Shown: one piece after another, positions 31,639 to 41,219 of the stretch
How the letters are laid out: every line of letters starts with the position of its first letter
Position numbering within the stretch: position 1 is the stretch's first letter
Source of the DNA: Thermoplasmata archaeon
GTDB lineage: Archaea > Thermoplasmatota > Thermoplasmata > Thermoplasmatales > GCA-001856825
Assembly: GCA_021797915.1 (NCBI GenBank)
Contig: JAJZYT010000002.1
Location: 65,040-129,039, forward strand
Length of the DNA stretch: 64,000 bases
Direction: 5' to 3'
Made by a program: the position numbers and the translations under genes
Notes under the pieces: generated by a model
The model's input: only the letters and a program-made list of their open reading frames with translations
What the model was told of the DNA's origin: nothing
Database searches by the model: none

Positions 31639-31696
31639 GGCTGCTTTCAACCGTTATTCCTCAGTCCTCTTATCCACTTTCAAGAATTTGAGTTTA

Positions 31697-32893
31697 TCAT
31701 CTTGCAGTGACTTCAAAAAGCTTGCCTAGCCTCTTCACTCCTTCCACTATGTTTTCGTTGGAACTGTATGTGAAATTGAGTCTCATCGATTCGTGATTGT
31801 CTTCGTCAGGATAGAATGCTGATCCAACCACATATAGGACTTTCTGTTTGACTGCTTCTTCAAACATCTTGTCGGTATTTGCCCCTTTCCTGGTGACCCA
31901 GAGAAACATGCCACCATTCGGTCTGGTGTATTCCACGTCACCCGGGAAGTAATTCACGAAAGATTCAATCATCAAGTCTCTCTTTTGGCGATATAGATCG
32001 ATTATCTTGGGGATCTGCTTGTCCATATATCCGCCAGAAACGTACGCCTGGGCAATGTAAGTGGAAACAGAACTGGTCGCAAGGTCCACTGCCTGTTTTG
32101 CGATGTTGAGTTTTTCAATCACATCGTGCGGTCCAACCACGTAACCCAGTCTGATTCCGGGTGAAAGGACCTTTGAGAACGTGCCGAGATAAACCACATC
32201 GTTATCCATCGATTTCAGGGCAGGAACGTGCGCCCCAGCGAACCTGAGGGCACCATACGGGTCATCTTCAATAACTGTCAATCCCCTCTCGTTTGCTATC
32301 TCGAGAAGCTCCTTCCTTCTCTCGAAACTCAATGTGATCCCACTTGGGTTCTGGAAATTAGGTATGACGTAGATGAATTTTGGATTCGGGTATTTCTTAA
32401 GTTTCTCCCTGAGAACATCCATTCTCATTCCATAATGATCCATCTCTACTCCAACAATCTTGATCCCACTCGCTTTGAGGGCAGATATAGTTCCTACATA
32501 TGTTGGAGCTTCTGTGATAACATACTCTCCCGGATTCGCAAATACCTTTCCCAGCATGTAGAGCGCTTCCTGGGACCCTGTTGTTTGGATTATGTCGGTC
32601 GGTTCCGAATTGATCCCCTCCTTCTCCTTCAATCTCGCAGCGAGAGCAACGTTAAGGGAATCCAGGCCTTCAGTAGCGCCGTACTGAAGCATCTTCTTTC
32701 CATTTCTGGCGAGTTGTTCTTCAAAAATTCTCCTAATATCATCTATAGGGAACGATTCCGGATTCGGAAGTCCTCCTCCAAAGGAAATGACATCGGGTTG
32801 ATTTGCAACTTTAAGAAGCAATCTGATTGCCGAAGGTTTCATGGTATTGGCAATTGCAGAGAATTCTCTCTTAACTGGTGCATTCATCGACAT
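31697..32893 (-). CDS. PLP-dependent aminotransferase class I (LysN/aromatic aminotransferase-like)
   Basis: SFGGGLP, GSQEAL, PNFQNPSG, EDDPYG, GTFSK.LSPG.RLG. Confidence 0.92.
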   Translation of the reverse strand: MSMNAPVKREFSAIANTMKPSAIRLLLKVANQPDVISFGGGLPNPESFPIDDIRRIFEEQLARNGKKMLQYGATEGLDSLNVALAARLKEKEGINSEPTDIIQTTGSQEALYMLGKVFANPGEYVITEAPTYVGTISALKASGIKIVGVEMDHYGMRMDVLREKLKKYPNPKFIYVIPNFQNPSGITLSFERRKELLEIANERGLTVIEDDPYGALRFAGAHVPALKSMDNDVVYLGTFSKVLSPGIRLGYVVGPHDVIEKLNIAKQAVDLATSSVSTYIAQAYVSGGYMDKQIPKIIDLYRQKRDLMIESFVNYFPGDVEYTRPNGGMFLWVTRKGANTDKMFEEAVKQKVLYVVGSAFYPDEDNHESMRLNFTYSSNENIVEGVKRLGKLFEVTAR

Positions 32894-33203
32894 AACAAGA
32901 AAGCGTTTTTTGGGGTATAAGTGTTTGTGACCTCCTCTCCCAGCTTTCGCAGGGAGCTTCCCACTTCAAAGGTTGCTGGCGGGAATCTCCATGGGCTTGA
33001 ATTCCCCTCGGCCCGAAGGTACTCTGTCCTTCATGCTAAGCCATCTGACTTTACGGATGCAGGTATGCATGAAGCAATATGCTATCCGACCTGTTTCACT
33101 TCTGTCTGCCAGCGGACATTGCAATATGTTGGTAGAACCAATAAACTTTTCATTCGCTTTCATCATCTATCTCGTGAAAGGGGAATTCCCGCTCACAAAT
33201 GTT

Positions 33204-33464
33204 AAAATACATACCCAGGTCTATCTTCAGATCGTTCTGAACGTGCCTATAGAATTCTATGGTTGATTAAGTGATTTTTCGGTTGACATCGGAAGAGAAC
33301 AAATTCCTGAATTCTGCGGCACTCTTGGCAGTATTGCCCTGACAATAAGCTGGCTTCTTATCAAGAATTGCGATCTTAAGGTTTCCATTCATTTTCTTAA
33401 TGTGGTAGGCTGATGCCAAGCCCGTTATTCCGGCGCCAACGAAGATCACATCGAATCTATTCAT
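33204..33464 (-). pseudogene. Disrupted FAD-dependent oxidoreductase (sarcosine oxidase beta/DAO family)
   Basis: FDVIFVGAGITG...GNTAKSA, in-frame TAA at codon 66, then plausible continuation STIEFYRHVQNDLKIDLGM; remainder missing. Confidence 0.75.
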
Positions 33465-33481
33465 GACTCATCTCTCTAGCA

Positions 33482-34624
33482 TTAGGGCCATATCATTGAG
33501 TTCACAAGTTGTCTAACAATCTTCTTTGCTGAGGTCACATTTGATCTTAGACCTTCAGAAAGTGCCTCTCCAACCGAGTCCATCTGTTTCGGATTCAGTC
33601 CCCTCATAGTTATCTCGTTGACCCCTACCCTCCCCACGCTATCAACAAGAATGTTTGAGGTTTCCAATCGTCTAGATATCTCCGGAGAGTTCTCATAATC
33701 AAGCAAGAACATAGCGCTTTCAGACACTTCCGGCATGTTTGCTAGCTTTACTTTTCTGTCAATGAGGGCCGAAACTAATGCCCTTCTGTTGGCAAGACAC
33801 CGCTTTCCATAATTGCTCTTAGAAAGATATTCAAGAGAAATCCCGAGAGCTGCAATTCTCGAGAGATGAAAATTGTCGTAGTAATTCCAGATTGGATTGC
33901 CCTTGACTGCTCTTTCCACTCTCCTCCTTCCGACTATGAGTCCACCTTGGGGGCCCGGAAAATTCTTGTGGGTACTTCCGTAAATCACATCCGCTTCTCT
34001 GAAGCCGTTCTGGAATGTTCCAGTAGCCAATAGTCCAAGTGCGTGTGAAGCATCATACAGGATGAACGATTCTGGAAAAATTTCCTTGACTCTTTTCATG
34101 TCATAGGGGTGAAGAAAGAGGCTTGCCCCAAGTATGACTGCCCTGTAATTTCCTCGAATCTTTGAAAGCTTCTCATAATCAATCTTCCACCCCTTCATCG
34201 GTATCTCCTTACCCTCAATTCCCATCAACGAAGGCAAGAAAGGAGGAGTATAACCATCATAACCTCCCTTTGACATTGGGATGTAAAGGAACCTGTCTCC
34301 CTTCTTGAGGAGACTCCCCAAAACTTGCATGGCTGCAAGATGCCCGGCAATCGGTCGAACATCAGCAAAGTCCGTTCTGAACGCTTTCATCGCTAGTCGT
34401 TCCACTTCTTCCACTAGTGCCTCTGAATGCTTCGTACCTGCGTAGGCATTGTGTATCTTCTGTTCCCTGTAATAGGAATCAATTACGAGTGAATACCGCT
34501 GTTCAAAGTCAGAAGATAAGGCTTTCAGTGCTTTCCTTGGAATGGTGTTTTCTGAAGGTTGAAGTGCAAGAACACTCTTCCTGAAGTTTTCCTGCTTCAA
34601 AATTATCTCGGAAACCCCAGCCAT
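33482..34624 (-). CDS. Serine hydroxymethyltransferase-like PLP enzyme (divergent GlyA family)
   Basis: PSEN, YAGT, YDASHALGL, GSTHKNFPGPQGG. Confidence 0.82.
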   Translation of the reverse strand: MAGVSEIILKQENFRKSVLALQPSENTIPRKALKALSSDFEQRYSLVIDSYYREQKIHNAYAGTKHSEALVEEVERLAMKAFRTDFADVRPIAGHLAAMQVLGSLLKKGDRFLYIPMSKGGYDGYTPPFLPSLMGIEGKEIPMKGWKIDYEKLSKIRGNYRAVILGASLFLHPYDMKRVKEIFPESFILYDASHALGLLATGTFQNGFREADVIYGSTHKNFPGPQGGLIVGRRRVERAVKGNPIWNYYDNFHLSRIAALGISLEYLSKSNYGKRCLANRRALVSALIDRKVKLANMPEVSESAMFLLDYENSPEISRRLETSNILVDSVGRVGVNEITMRGLNPKQMDSVGEALSEGLRSNVTSAKKIVRQLVNSMIWP

Positions 34625-34645
34625 GATTTGTAATGCTAACCGATA

Positions 34646-35437
34646 TTAGTTCTTTTTTACCTTCAGATCTAGGACGACGTGGTCGTATGAAGGAGAATAA
34701 CTCTTTACCTTCCTGACTTTGACTTCCACAACGCTCTTCTGAGCCTCATATCTTTCCTTTACAGTTTCCATCTCTCCTCTGTTTATCAATTGATGCAGGT
34801 GTATGGTTCCTTCTCTCTTCAGATACGACATTGCCTTCTTAAGATATTTGAAAGACTCGAAGTGTCCCATCAATATTCTGTCTGCAAAATCTTTCATACG
34901 AAGCTCTGCGGAATCTCCCAGCATCGGTACAAGATTTTTTGTGCCATTAAGTTTCATGTTCATTATCAGGTAGTGGAACGAATCGGGATTAATCTCACAT
35001 GAGTATATCTTCTTCACTCTGAAAGAAAGAGGCACAGAGAAGTAACCGATGCCTGCAAACATATCCAGCACCGTTTCATTTTCATTAACTATTCCAGACA
35101 ACAGATGCCTCTCCTTCTTATTGCCCTTCGAAAACATGACTTTCTGCGGGTCCATTGTGTAAAAGATGCCGTCTTCCCTTTGTACCACTTCGGTATGTAT
35201 GCCAGAGATCATCTTGACGACGGGTGTCCTTTGAACATTTTGTATTCCCGCGTACTTATACACGGACCAAAGTTTGAATGAGGATTGCATCAAATGGCCG
35301 AATGATTTGTGGTCCTTGCTGAAAGAATCTTCTTCTCTGATGATCATCGCCTTACCGATTATCTCGTAATTCTGGTGAAATCTTTCTTTTGAAATACCGA
35401 GTTTGCGGGATACAATATTTATTGCGTCATTTCTCAT
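34646..35437 (-). CDS. Trm5/Taw2 (Met-10+) family SAM-dependent tRNA modification enzyme
   Basis: REDG..Y.MD..KVMFSKGN..ER, LDMFAGIGYF, EINP.S, ADRILMG; start set at ATG 35437. Confidence 0.85.
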   Translation of the reverse strand: MRNDAINIVSRKLGISKERFHQNYEIIGKAMIIREEDSFSKDHKSFGHLMQSSFKLWSVYKYAGIQNVQRTPVVKMISGIHTEVVQREDGIFYTMDPQKVMFSKGNKKERHLLSGIVNENETVLDMFAGIGYFSVPLSFRVKKIYSCEINPDSFHYLIMNMKLNGTKNLVPMLGDSAELRMKDFADRILMGHFESFKYLKKAMSYLKREGTIHLHQLINRGEMETVKERYEAQKSVVEVKVRKVKSYSPSYDHVVLDLKVKKN

Positions 35438-36581
35438 GATTTTCCCATCGTGCCATGTACATCCAAGTGATCGCTCCGAGGATTGGTGCGATGATCGAAA
35501 GAAGAAACATGTTCGAAAGTCCATATCGAAGGTTGAGAGATGCAACTATGACAGGGGCCGTGATCCCTCCTATGTTCCCCCAGAAATTCATCCATCCGCC
35601 AATAAAAGAAGAGCTCTTCTCGCCGCCTAGTCTGGTAGAGAGACGCCAGGATGCAAGCAGTATAGGATCAAGGAAGAAGAGGGAGACAATTACGAACGCG
35701 AGAAAGGTAAACGGGCTCCTAGAAAGAGCCATCCCGATGAGTGTTATTGCAATAATGGTGTATGCAATTTCAGATATCAGCGCATCTCTGTTTATTCTAT
35801 CCATGTAAAGCCCAAACACTATAGAACCAATTGCCATCGTTATCCAGGGAAGAGGTCCAAATAAGAGATTATTCGATTCAATCGCGAACCTTTCCTTGAG
35901 GAAATAGGGGTACCAGGTGAACATCACGTAGAAGAAGTAATCATAGATGAAGAATGAGAATCCGAACAGGATGTACCTCTTTCCCAAGAGCGAGGACCAC
36001 CTGACTTTCTCAGGAGACCCAGCGTAACCAATCCTCATGAGCAACAGAACGGTGCCAGCCGCTATCCCAATGACGCCGAAGACGATAAAGGGTAGACTTG
36101 TGCCGACTCCAGTATAGTAGAGTCCCAGCGTTGCAAACGGAATGATAGCGGGAGACAGATCAGAAACTGCAGACACAACTCCCGATGCCCTTCCATATTC
36201 TCTGTCGCTGTAAAATATTCTCGTTAGATATATTATCGATGGGAAAACAGGACCCTGCGCCAATCCCATGAAAAATACTATTGTGACTGCAGAAGTGAAA
36301 GATCTTGTCAGGGGTAGAATCAAAAAAAGAAATGACCAGGAAATCAATGAAATCCCAATGATTTTGGACGGACCGAACCTATGGGCATAGCTTCCCCCGG
36401 GAAGCTGAAAGATAGTATAACCGATGTAGAAGGAAGAGAATAAAATTGAAAATATAACTGTGGAGGTAAGGTGGTAATTACTCATCAGTTGATCGTATAG
36501 GGTGGACATTACATATCTGTCACCGAGAGCCAGAAAACCTGCGAGGGATCCTAACGCTACAACACTTGCCTTACCATTCAT
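35427..36581 (-). CDS. MFS transporter (ACS-like)
   Basis: QLPGG..AHRFGP, G.AQGP.FP, GWMNFWGNIGG; about 12 TMs. Confidence 0.87.
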   Translation of the reverse strand: MNGKASVVALGSLAGFLALGDRYVMSTLYDQLMSNYHLTSTVIFSILFSSFYIGYTIFQLPGGSYAHRFGPSKIIGISLISWSFLFLILPLTRSFTSAVTIVFFMGLAQGPVFPSIIYLTRIFYSDREYGRASGVVSAVSDLSPAIIPFATLGLYYTGVGTSLPFIVFGVIGIAAGTVLLLMRIGYAGSPEKVRWSSLLGKRYILFGFSFFIYDYFFYVMFTWYPYFLKERFAIESNNLLFGPLPWITMAIGSIVFGLYMDRINRDALISEIAYTIIAITLIGMALSRSPFTFLAFVIVSLFFLDPILLASWRLSTRLGGEKSSSFIGGWMNFWGNIGGITAPVIVASLNLRYGLSNMFLLSIIAPILGAITWMYMARWENHEK

Positions 36582-37648
36582 ATTATGCCATTTTCTTTCA
36601 ATTTCTCTGGTAGATACGTGTCGGTGACAAAGTCCAGACCATATTTTGCTAGTGCTTGTTGCTCCGCCTTCTTTCCTAACTTAAGCATCGTTTCAATCTC
36701 CCCTTTCCAGAAGGGTATGTTGAACCTGGGGTCCTCCAGCTCTGCGTGAAGTGCTTCGGTGTCCTTGTCCGTCAACTTGTCGGTTGGCAGATCATAATTC
36801 ACGATGTCACTGGCCGTGATTCCTATGAATTCGGAAGTAGGAGTGGCAAGGATGTCAGAGATATGGGCGGTCTTTATGGCCCCATAGGCCACAGAGGCAA
36901 AAATCCTGAAACTCCACGGGTCCCCATCCGTGAATACCACGATGGGCAGGCCAAGTTCCTTGTTCAATCTGTTGAGGAGTCTCTTGGTTGATCTGGATGG
37001 TTGCCCCTTCATGTGAACCAGGAGTGAACGCATCTTTTCGTCGAACCTGTTCTCCACAAGCCTATCAAACATACCTCCAGTCTCTATCGCGAGTACAAAA
37101 TCAACATCGCTTGAAACGAGGCTTACCTTCTCCTTTTCGACGTTGTATGGAATAGTGTAACCACCGTCCCCCACGTCGTCTCTGCAGTTAATTTTCTTCT
37201 TCTCTCCCTTTCTGTTCAATTCCGTGAGGGTGAGATTTCCGATAACAGAAGCTCCGCTTTCCTCTGGCCTGAGTCTCATCTCCTCTCTTAGATAATTTGT
37301 CATCACTTCAAGGTCTTCCACCATCAGATCTGATTCGTCCTGGCTCTCAAATTTCCCCAGGTTCCATCCCTCAGAAATGTAGTACATCTCCCTCAGAGTT
37401 GAGGTCTTCAGGCCCTGCGTCATCTCATCTACAAAATCAATGATATGCAACATTTTGAGTATCCCCTTGGCCGAGCTTGCCTTTGATGCATACCTCTTGA
37501 CCGTGTTGTTCCCATACTTCCACACTGAAGTCTTGGGGTCGAAAAGGATGTTCTCCTTGTTTCTCGACTTCAACTCGACTTTGGGTATCTGTCCGTTTTT
37601 CATCTCCTGGTAAATCTGCTTCACAATCGTTTCCAACTTTTCATTCAT
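36578..37648 (-). CDS. top6A: DNA topoisomerase VI subunit A
   Basis: STLREMYY catalytic Tyr, ETGGMFDRL, GQPSR, FTDGDPW Toprim, KAEQQAL; start ATG 37648. Confidence 0.96.
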   Translation of the reverse strand: MNEKLETIVKQIYQEMKNGQIPKVELKSRNKENILFDPKTSVWKYGNNTVKRYASKASSAKGILKMLHIIDFVDEMTQGLKTSTLREMYYISEGWNLGKFESQDESDLMVEDLEVMTNYLREEMRLRPEESGASVIGNLTLTELNRKGEKKKINCRDDVGDGGYTIPYNVEKEKVSLVSSDVDFVLAIETGGMFDRLVENRFDEKMRSLLVHMKGQPSRSTKRLLNRLNKELGLPIVVFTDGDPWSFRIFASVAYGAIKTAHISDILATPTSEFIGITASDIVNYDLPTDKLTDKDTEALHAELEDPRFNIPFWKGEIETMLKLGKKAEQQALAKYGLDFVTDTYLPEKLKENGII

Positions 37649-39410
37649 CGCTAAACACCTTCGGGAGTGAGTATGCCCCAAGGAGAATTGGTTCAGGCAG
37701 GTCCACATAGATCTCTGTGGAACTAATTATCTCCTTCGAAAAATTGAGCTTGACCTTCTCGAAGGGCTTGAGGTTCTTTACGTTCTCAGTGAATCGTTCC
37801 TCTCCCTTCAAGACTACTTTGAAACTATGCGTCTTCTCAGTGTAATTTTCAGCAAACAGTTCTCCATTGATCTCTCTAAACGCTACCACGCCCATCACCT
37901 TTGATATGATGGGGGTGATATCAGGAGGTTCAAGTTTTAGGATCTTCCCGCTCTTTTGGGCAATCTGAGGCAGGATGAGCTCAATGAGTGCAAACTTTTC
38001 CTCTACCTGCCCTTTGTGCGCTTCCTTCTTCCTCATCGTCTTAATCTGCCTAGCGACACCCTTCAACATTATGTCCAGGGCATCCATTATTTCTGGAACG
38101 GTAGCAATGGCCTCCTTGGCTTCTGAAGTGAACGGTATCTTGGTGCTTGCAAGGTGCACTGCAACTATCAAAGGTCCCACCGGAATCTGGTCCTTCACAG
38201 GTTGTGAGAAGCCGTACTGGTTCCACGCAAGAGAAGATATCGCCCTAGTGATTGCACAGCTGCCCGACTGATAAAGCAAAGGCACTCTATTTGCAAACCT
38301 CAGGATCTTAATTGGGTCTTCTTTTGGCAGATCCCCTCCATAAATTGCAATCGCTTCCACAAGAAACGGATGACCGGAAAAGACAAAGGGGCCCTTAATG
38401 ACAGGCTGAGAAAAATACGCGGGATGGTACTCTCTGAATGAATTAATAGCGCTCTTGAAAAGTCCTTCGGATCCTATGGGAGAGAGACAGTCTTTCTTTG
38501 GTTCCATGAACTCTGTTTCTTTTATTGTTTTCATCAATTCTTCGAAGTCGTCCCTCGAAAGTTTGTTAATTTTCCTTCCGTTCAATTTGCTTTTCTCCAC
38601 TATCGTTTTCGCGACCTGCTTTGTTACCCTGGAGAATTTGTCTTCCAAGACTCCTTCTATCGTCTCCCTCTCATTGTCCTTGAAAACAGAGATCAACTCT
38701 CCAAGCTCAACTCCGTGAGGATGAGGCTTGACGGCGATAGGAACCGGTGGAGGTTCGGAAATGCTCCTCACTATATCAATGGCCTTGTCGGGCAAGATCA
38801 GGTGGAAGGTGGAATGTGGATTGGCAATCGCAGTTTCTCTGATGTATTCCTCAATGGATTGTTTTCCGCTTACGTATTTTCCCTTCAACGAAATCACGAT
38901 TCTAGTACCGCTCTTCACATCCCATATTTCTGGAGTAACTGATATGGTATGGGGAGAGTTTTTGCGAATGTCGATCTCGAGAACGAAATGAAATGCAGTC
39001 ATTTCCTTTTCTACTTTCGTGACAATTTCTGTTGGAATACCTGTGGTTTTTTGAGCGTATAATATTGCAGCCGATATTCCGAGTCCCTGTTGTCCCCTTG
39101 ATTGTCTCTCCTGGAAAAATCTGGATCCGTAAAGCATTTTTCCAAACGAATTCTCTACTTCAGTCCTCTTTATTCCGGGACCGTTGTCAATTATTTCAAT
39201 CCTGAATTTTTCTTTCCCCAGTTCTTCGATCCGTACTGTGATCTCTGGAAGTATACCATTGTCAGCGCACGCATCAAGCGAATTGTCAACGGCTTCCTTC
39301 ACTGTCATAAAGAGGGACTTCTGCGGGGAATCAAAGCCCAGCATCTGCTTGTTCTTATCAAAGAACTCAGAAATGCTGACTTCCTTTCTTTCAGGCTCAA
39401 ACTCGGTCAT
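37641..39410 (-). CDS. top6B: DNA topoisomerase VI subunit B
   Basis: SISEFF.KN..MLGF, KEAVDNSLDAC, DNGPG, SRGQQGLGIS, RFANRVPL, FTSEAKEA. Confidence 0.96.
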   Translation of the reverse strand: MTEFEPERKEVSISEFFDKNKQMLGFDSPQKSLFMTVKEAVDNSLDACADNGILPEITVRIEELGKEKFRIEIIDNGPGIKRTEVENSFGKMLYGSRFFQERQSRGQQGLGISAAILYAQKTTGIPTEIVTKVEKEMTAFHFVLEIDIRKNSPHTISVTPEIWDVKSGTRIVISLKGKYVSGKQSIEEYIRETAIANPHSTFHLILPDKAIDIVRSISEPPPVPIAVKPHPHGVELGELISVFKDNERETIEGVLEDKFSRVTKQVAKTIVEKSKLNGRKINKLSRDDFEELMKTIKETEFMEPKKDCLSPIGSEGLFKSAINSFREYHPAYFSQPVIKGPFVFSGHPFLVEAIAIYGGDLPKEDPIKILRFANRVPLLYQSGSCAITRAISSLAWNQYGFSQPVKDQIPVGPLIVAVHLASTKIPFTSEAKEAIATVPEIMDALDIMLKGVARQIKTMRKKEAHKGQVEEKFALIELILPQIAQKSGKILKLEPPDITPIISKVMGVVAFREINGELFAENYTEKTHSFKVVLKGEERFTENVKNLKPFEKVKLNFSKEIISSTEIYVDLPEPILLGAYSLPKVFSDE

Positions 39411-40177
39411 ATCTCTACAAATTTGGGATTAATTCTGTACTTATGTATGTTTGCAGAAAGCTTCTGGAAGAAGAATCGTGACATCTCTGGCGAATAGATG
39501 AGAAGGCTATTCACTCCCTTGGCTACCGCCTCGATGCACCCCTCTACAGGTGCATAAATGCTGGCTTTGATCTTACCGAATTTGCACATTTCAGATGCAA
39601 GGATTCCATAAGCACCTACGTATTCGATATTCTTTTCTTTCAAGATCCGGTTTAGTTTTCCTAGCTTTTTTGGTGCGACATCGTCAAAGTCTACCGTGAG
39701 CACGTAGAAATTTCCAACTTTATGGTCTATTATACCCTCGATTTTTGAAATCTTAACTGGATCTCCCTTCTTAACCCTGAAATCCGCTACACCATTTGAA
39801 CCAGCTTTCTTTCTCCTGTAGGCGTAAAGCAATCCTTTGTTCATCGAAAGGCTTACTCGATCTCCCTTACCCAAGTCTTCTCCCGCAATTGCTTCACACG
39901 ATGAAATTATCCCGGTATCCTCATAGGCATCCTCAACGAATAATGAAATGGTGGCAAGTATCTGTTGAAGAAATGCCACTCCTTCCGGAGTTGGGGTGTT
40001 TCCAGAATCTGTGTACTTGAGTTTTTGAAGATTCTTAAGATACACTGACGCACCCTGTGGAGTAATCTTCAGATCGGTCGAAATCTCCCTCAACTTTCTC
40101 TTTCCCTTTAGAAGCTCGATTAGAATTAGTGCAAATGTTAGGTTTCCTTTTTCCCTAAATTCGTGGAAATCCTGCAT
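39407..40177 (-). CDS. Archaeal HTH transcriptional regulator (COG1497-like)
   Basis: ITPQGASVYLK HTH; AIAGEDL.KGD.V.L.M..G.LYA; G.IEA..KG. Confidence 0.72.
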   Translation of the reverse strand: MQDFHEFREKGNLTFALILIELLKGKRKLREISTDLKITPQGASVYLKNLQKLKYTDSGNTPTPEGVAFLQQILATISLFVEDAYEDTGIISSCEAIAGEDLGKGDRVSLSMNKGLLYAYRRKKAGSNGVADFRVKKGDPVKISKIEGIIDHKVGNFYVLTVDFDDVAPKKLGKLNRILKEKNIEYVGAYGILASEMCKFGKIKASIYAPVEGCIEAVAKGVNSLLIYSPEMSRFFFQKLSANIHKYRINPKFVEI

Positions 40178-40200
40178 TCCAATTCTCCCCTGTTTTGTTT

Positions 40201-40389
40201 TCAGGCCCAGTTCAACCTGTCCAGCTCTCTGTCTTTCTTCGTTGCCTTCTTATACTGCTTGTAGTGTTCCTTGCAGAGATGAGCTTTCGTTCCTTTCGAA
40301 TTAAGTGAGAAGATCTTTTCCACAGACTTTCTTCCGATTGTCCGAGCCTTGGGGTTGGAGCAACCCGCGACATCACACTGATCTTCCAT
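40201..40389 (-). CDS. Small zinc-finger-like protein
   Basis: C-x4-C ... C-x2-H ligands (CDVAGC, LCKEHY); leads the top6 gene string. Confidence 0.7.
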   Translation of the reverse strand: MEDQCDVAGCSNPKARTIGRKSVEKIFSLNSKGTKAHLCKEHYKQYKKATKKDRELDRLNWA

Positions 40390-40556
40390 GGTTATCTGAT
40401 ATTACACAAACTAATAGTTTTGTTGTTAGAAATGAGCCCACTCTGAATGGTGTAACTCAAAAAGGCTATTCTCGAGTCATATCCTCAAGGACAATAACAC
40501 AGGTGTATTGATTTGGAAAATAATCGTTTCTTATATTAAATTTGAGGTGGCAATTC

Positions 40557-40919
40557 ATGGTTCACAAGACAGTTGTACATTTTGAGATACCGGCCAACGA
40601 TCCACAGAAAATTTCAAAATTCTACTCTGAAAGTTTTGGTTGGAAGATTGAAAAATAAGATATGGAAGCTATGGACTATTGATTGATTAAAACGAGTCCA
40701 GATGGGCAAACAGTTGGAGGGGGAATACACAAGAAGATGATCTCTTCAGATACACTAAGAAATTACATGGGAGTGGATGACATAGACGAGTCAATAGAAA
40801 AATTTGAAAGCGCAGGTGGCAAGCAGGTACACGAAAAGGCAGGGGTTCCGGGGGAGGATAGTCCTATATTAGAAAGGATTCTGGGGGCAATCTTGTCGGA
40901 ATTTTCCATGCAAAGTTAA
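40557..40919 (+). pseudogene. VOC/glyoxalase family pseudogene
   Basis: SD GAGGTG then MVHKTVVHFEIPANDP...FY...FGWKIEK*; further TGA, frameshift and TAG before the KDSGGNLVGIF remnant of the DPEGN motif. Confidence 0.8.
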
Positions 40920-41182
40920 AGATATGAACTCTGAGATCAATTGTTCACTCTTTTTCTTCTTACTTTTTATGTAAGAAAAGTCAACCAATTGACTATCATT
41001 TGATAACAGGATCTCGAATATGCATCGAAGCGGTCAAAGTGCTCAGCGATGATAGAGCCAAGATTCCCCCGCAGATGTAACATTTGGAAGAGATGTTCCC
41101 CAGAGGCATCTCAAGGCAAAGTTCTCTTTAGAAATTGACTCCGATCCTCATCAATCTAATCACTCTAAAATCCAGATAAACA

Positions 41183-41217
41183 TTTTATACGGGAGGCTGT
41201 TCGAAGTCTTGGAGGGG
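41183..41217 (+). promoter_or_regulatory. TATA box and SD of the pilin operon
   Basis: TTTTATA near 41183; GGAGGGG at 41211-41217 before ATG 41220. Confidence 0.5.
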
Positions 41218-41219
41218 AA

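Noticed and set aside
32228..32920. 230-aa plus-strand ORF
   Set aside because: Antisense to a clear aminotransferase; no recognisable features
40557..40919. Selenocysteine/pyrrolysine readthrough in the VOC gene
   Set aside because: Three different stop codons plus a frameshift indicate a pseudogene
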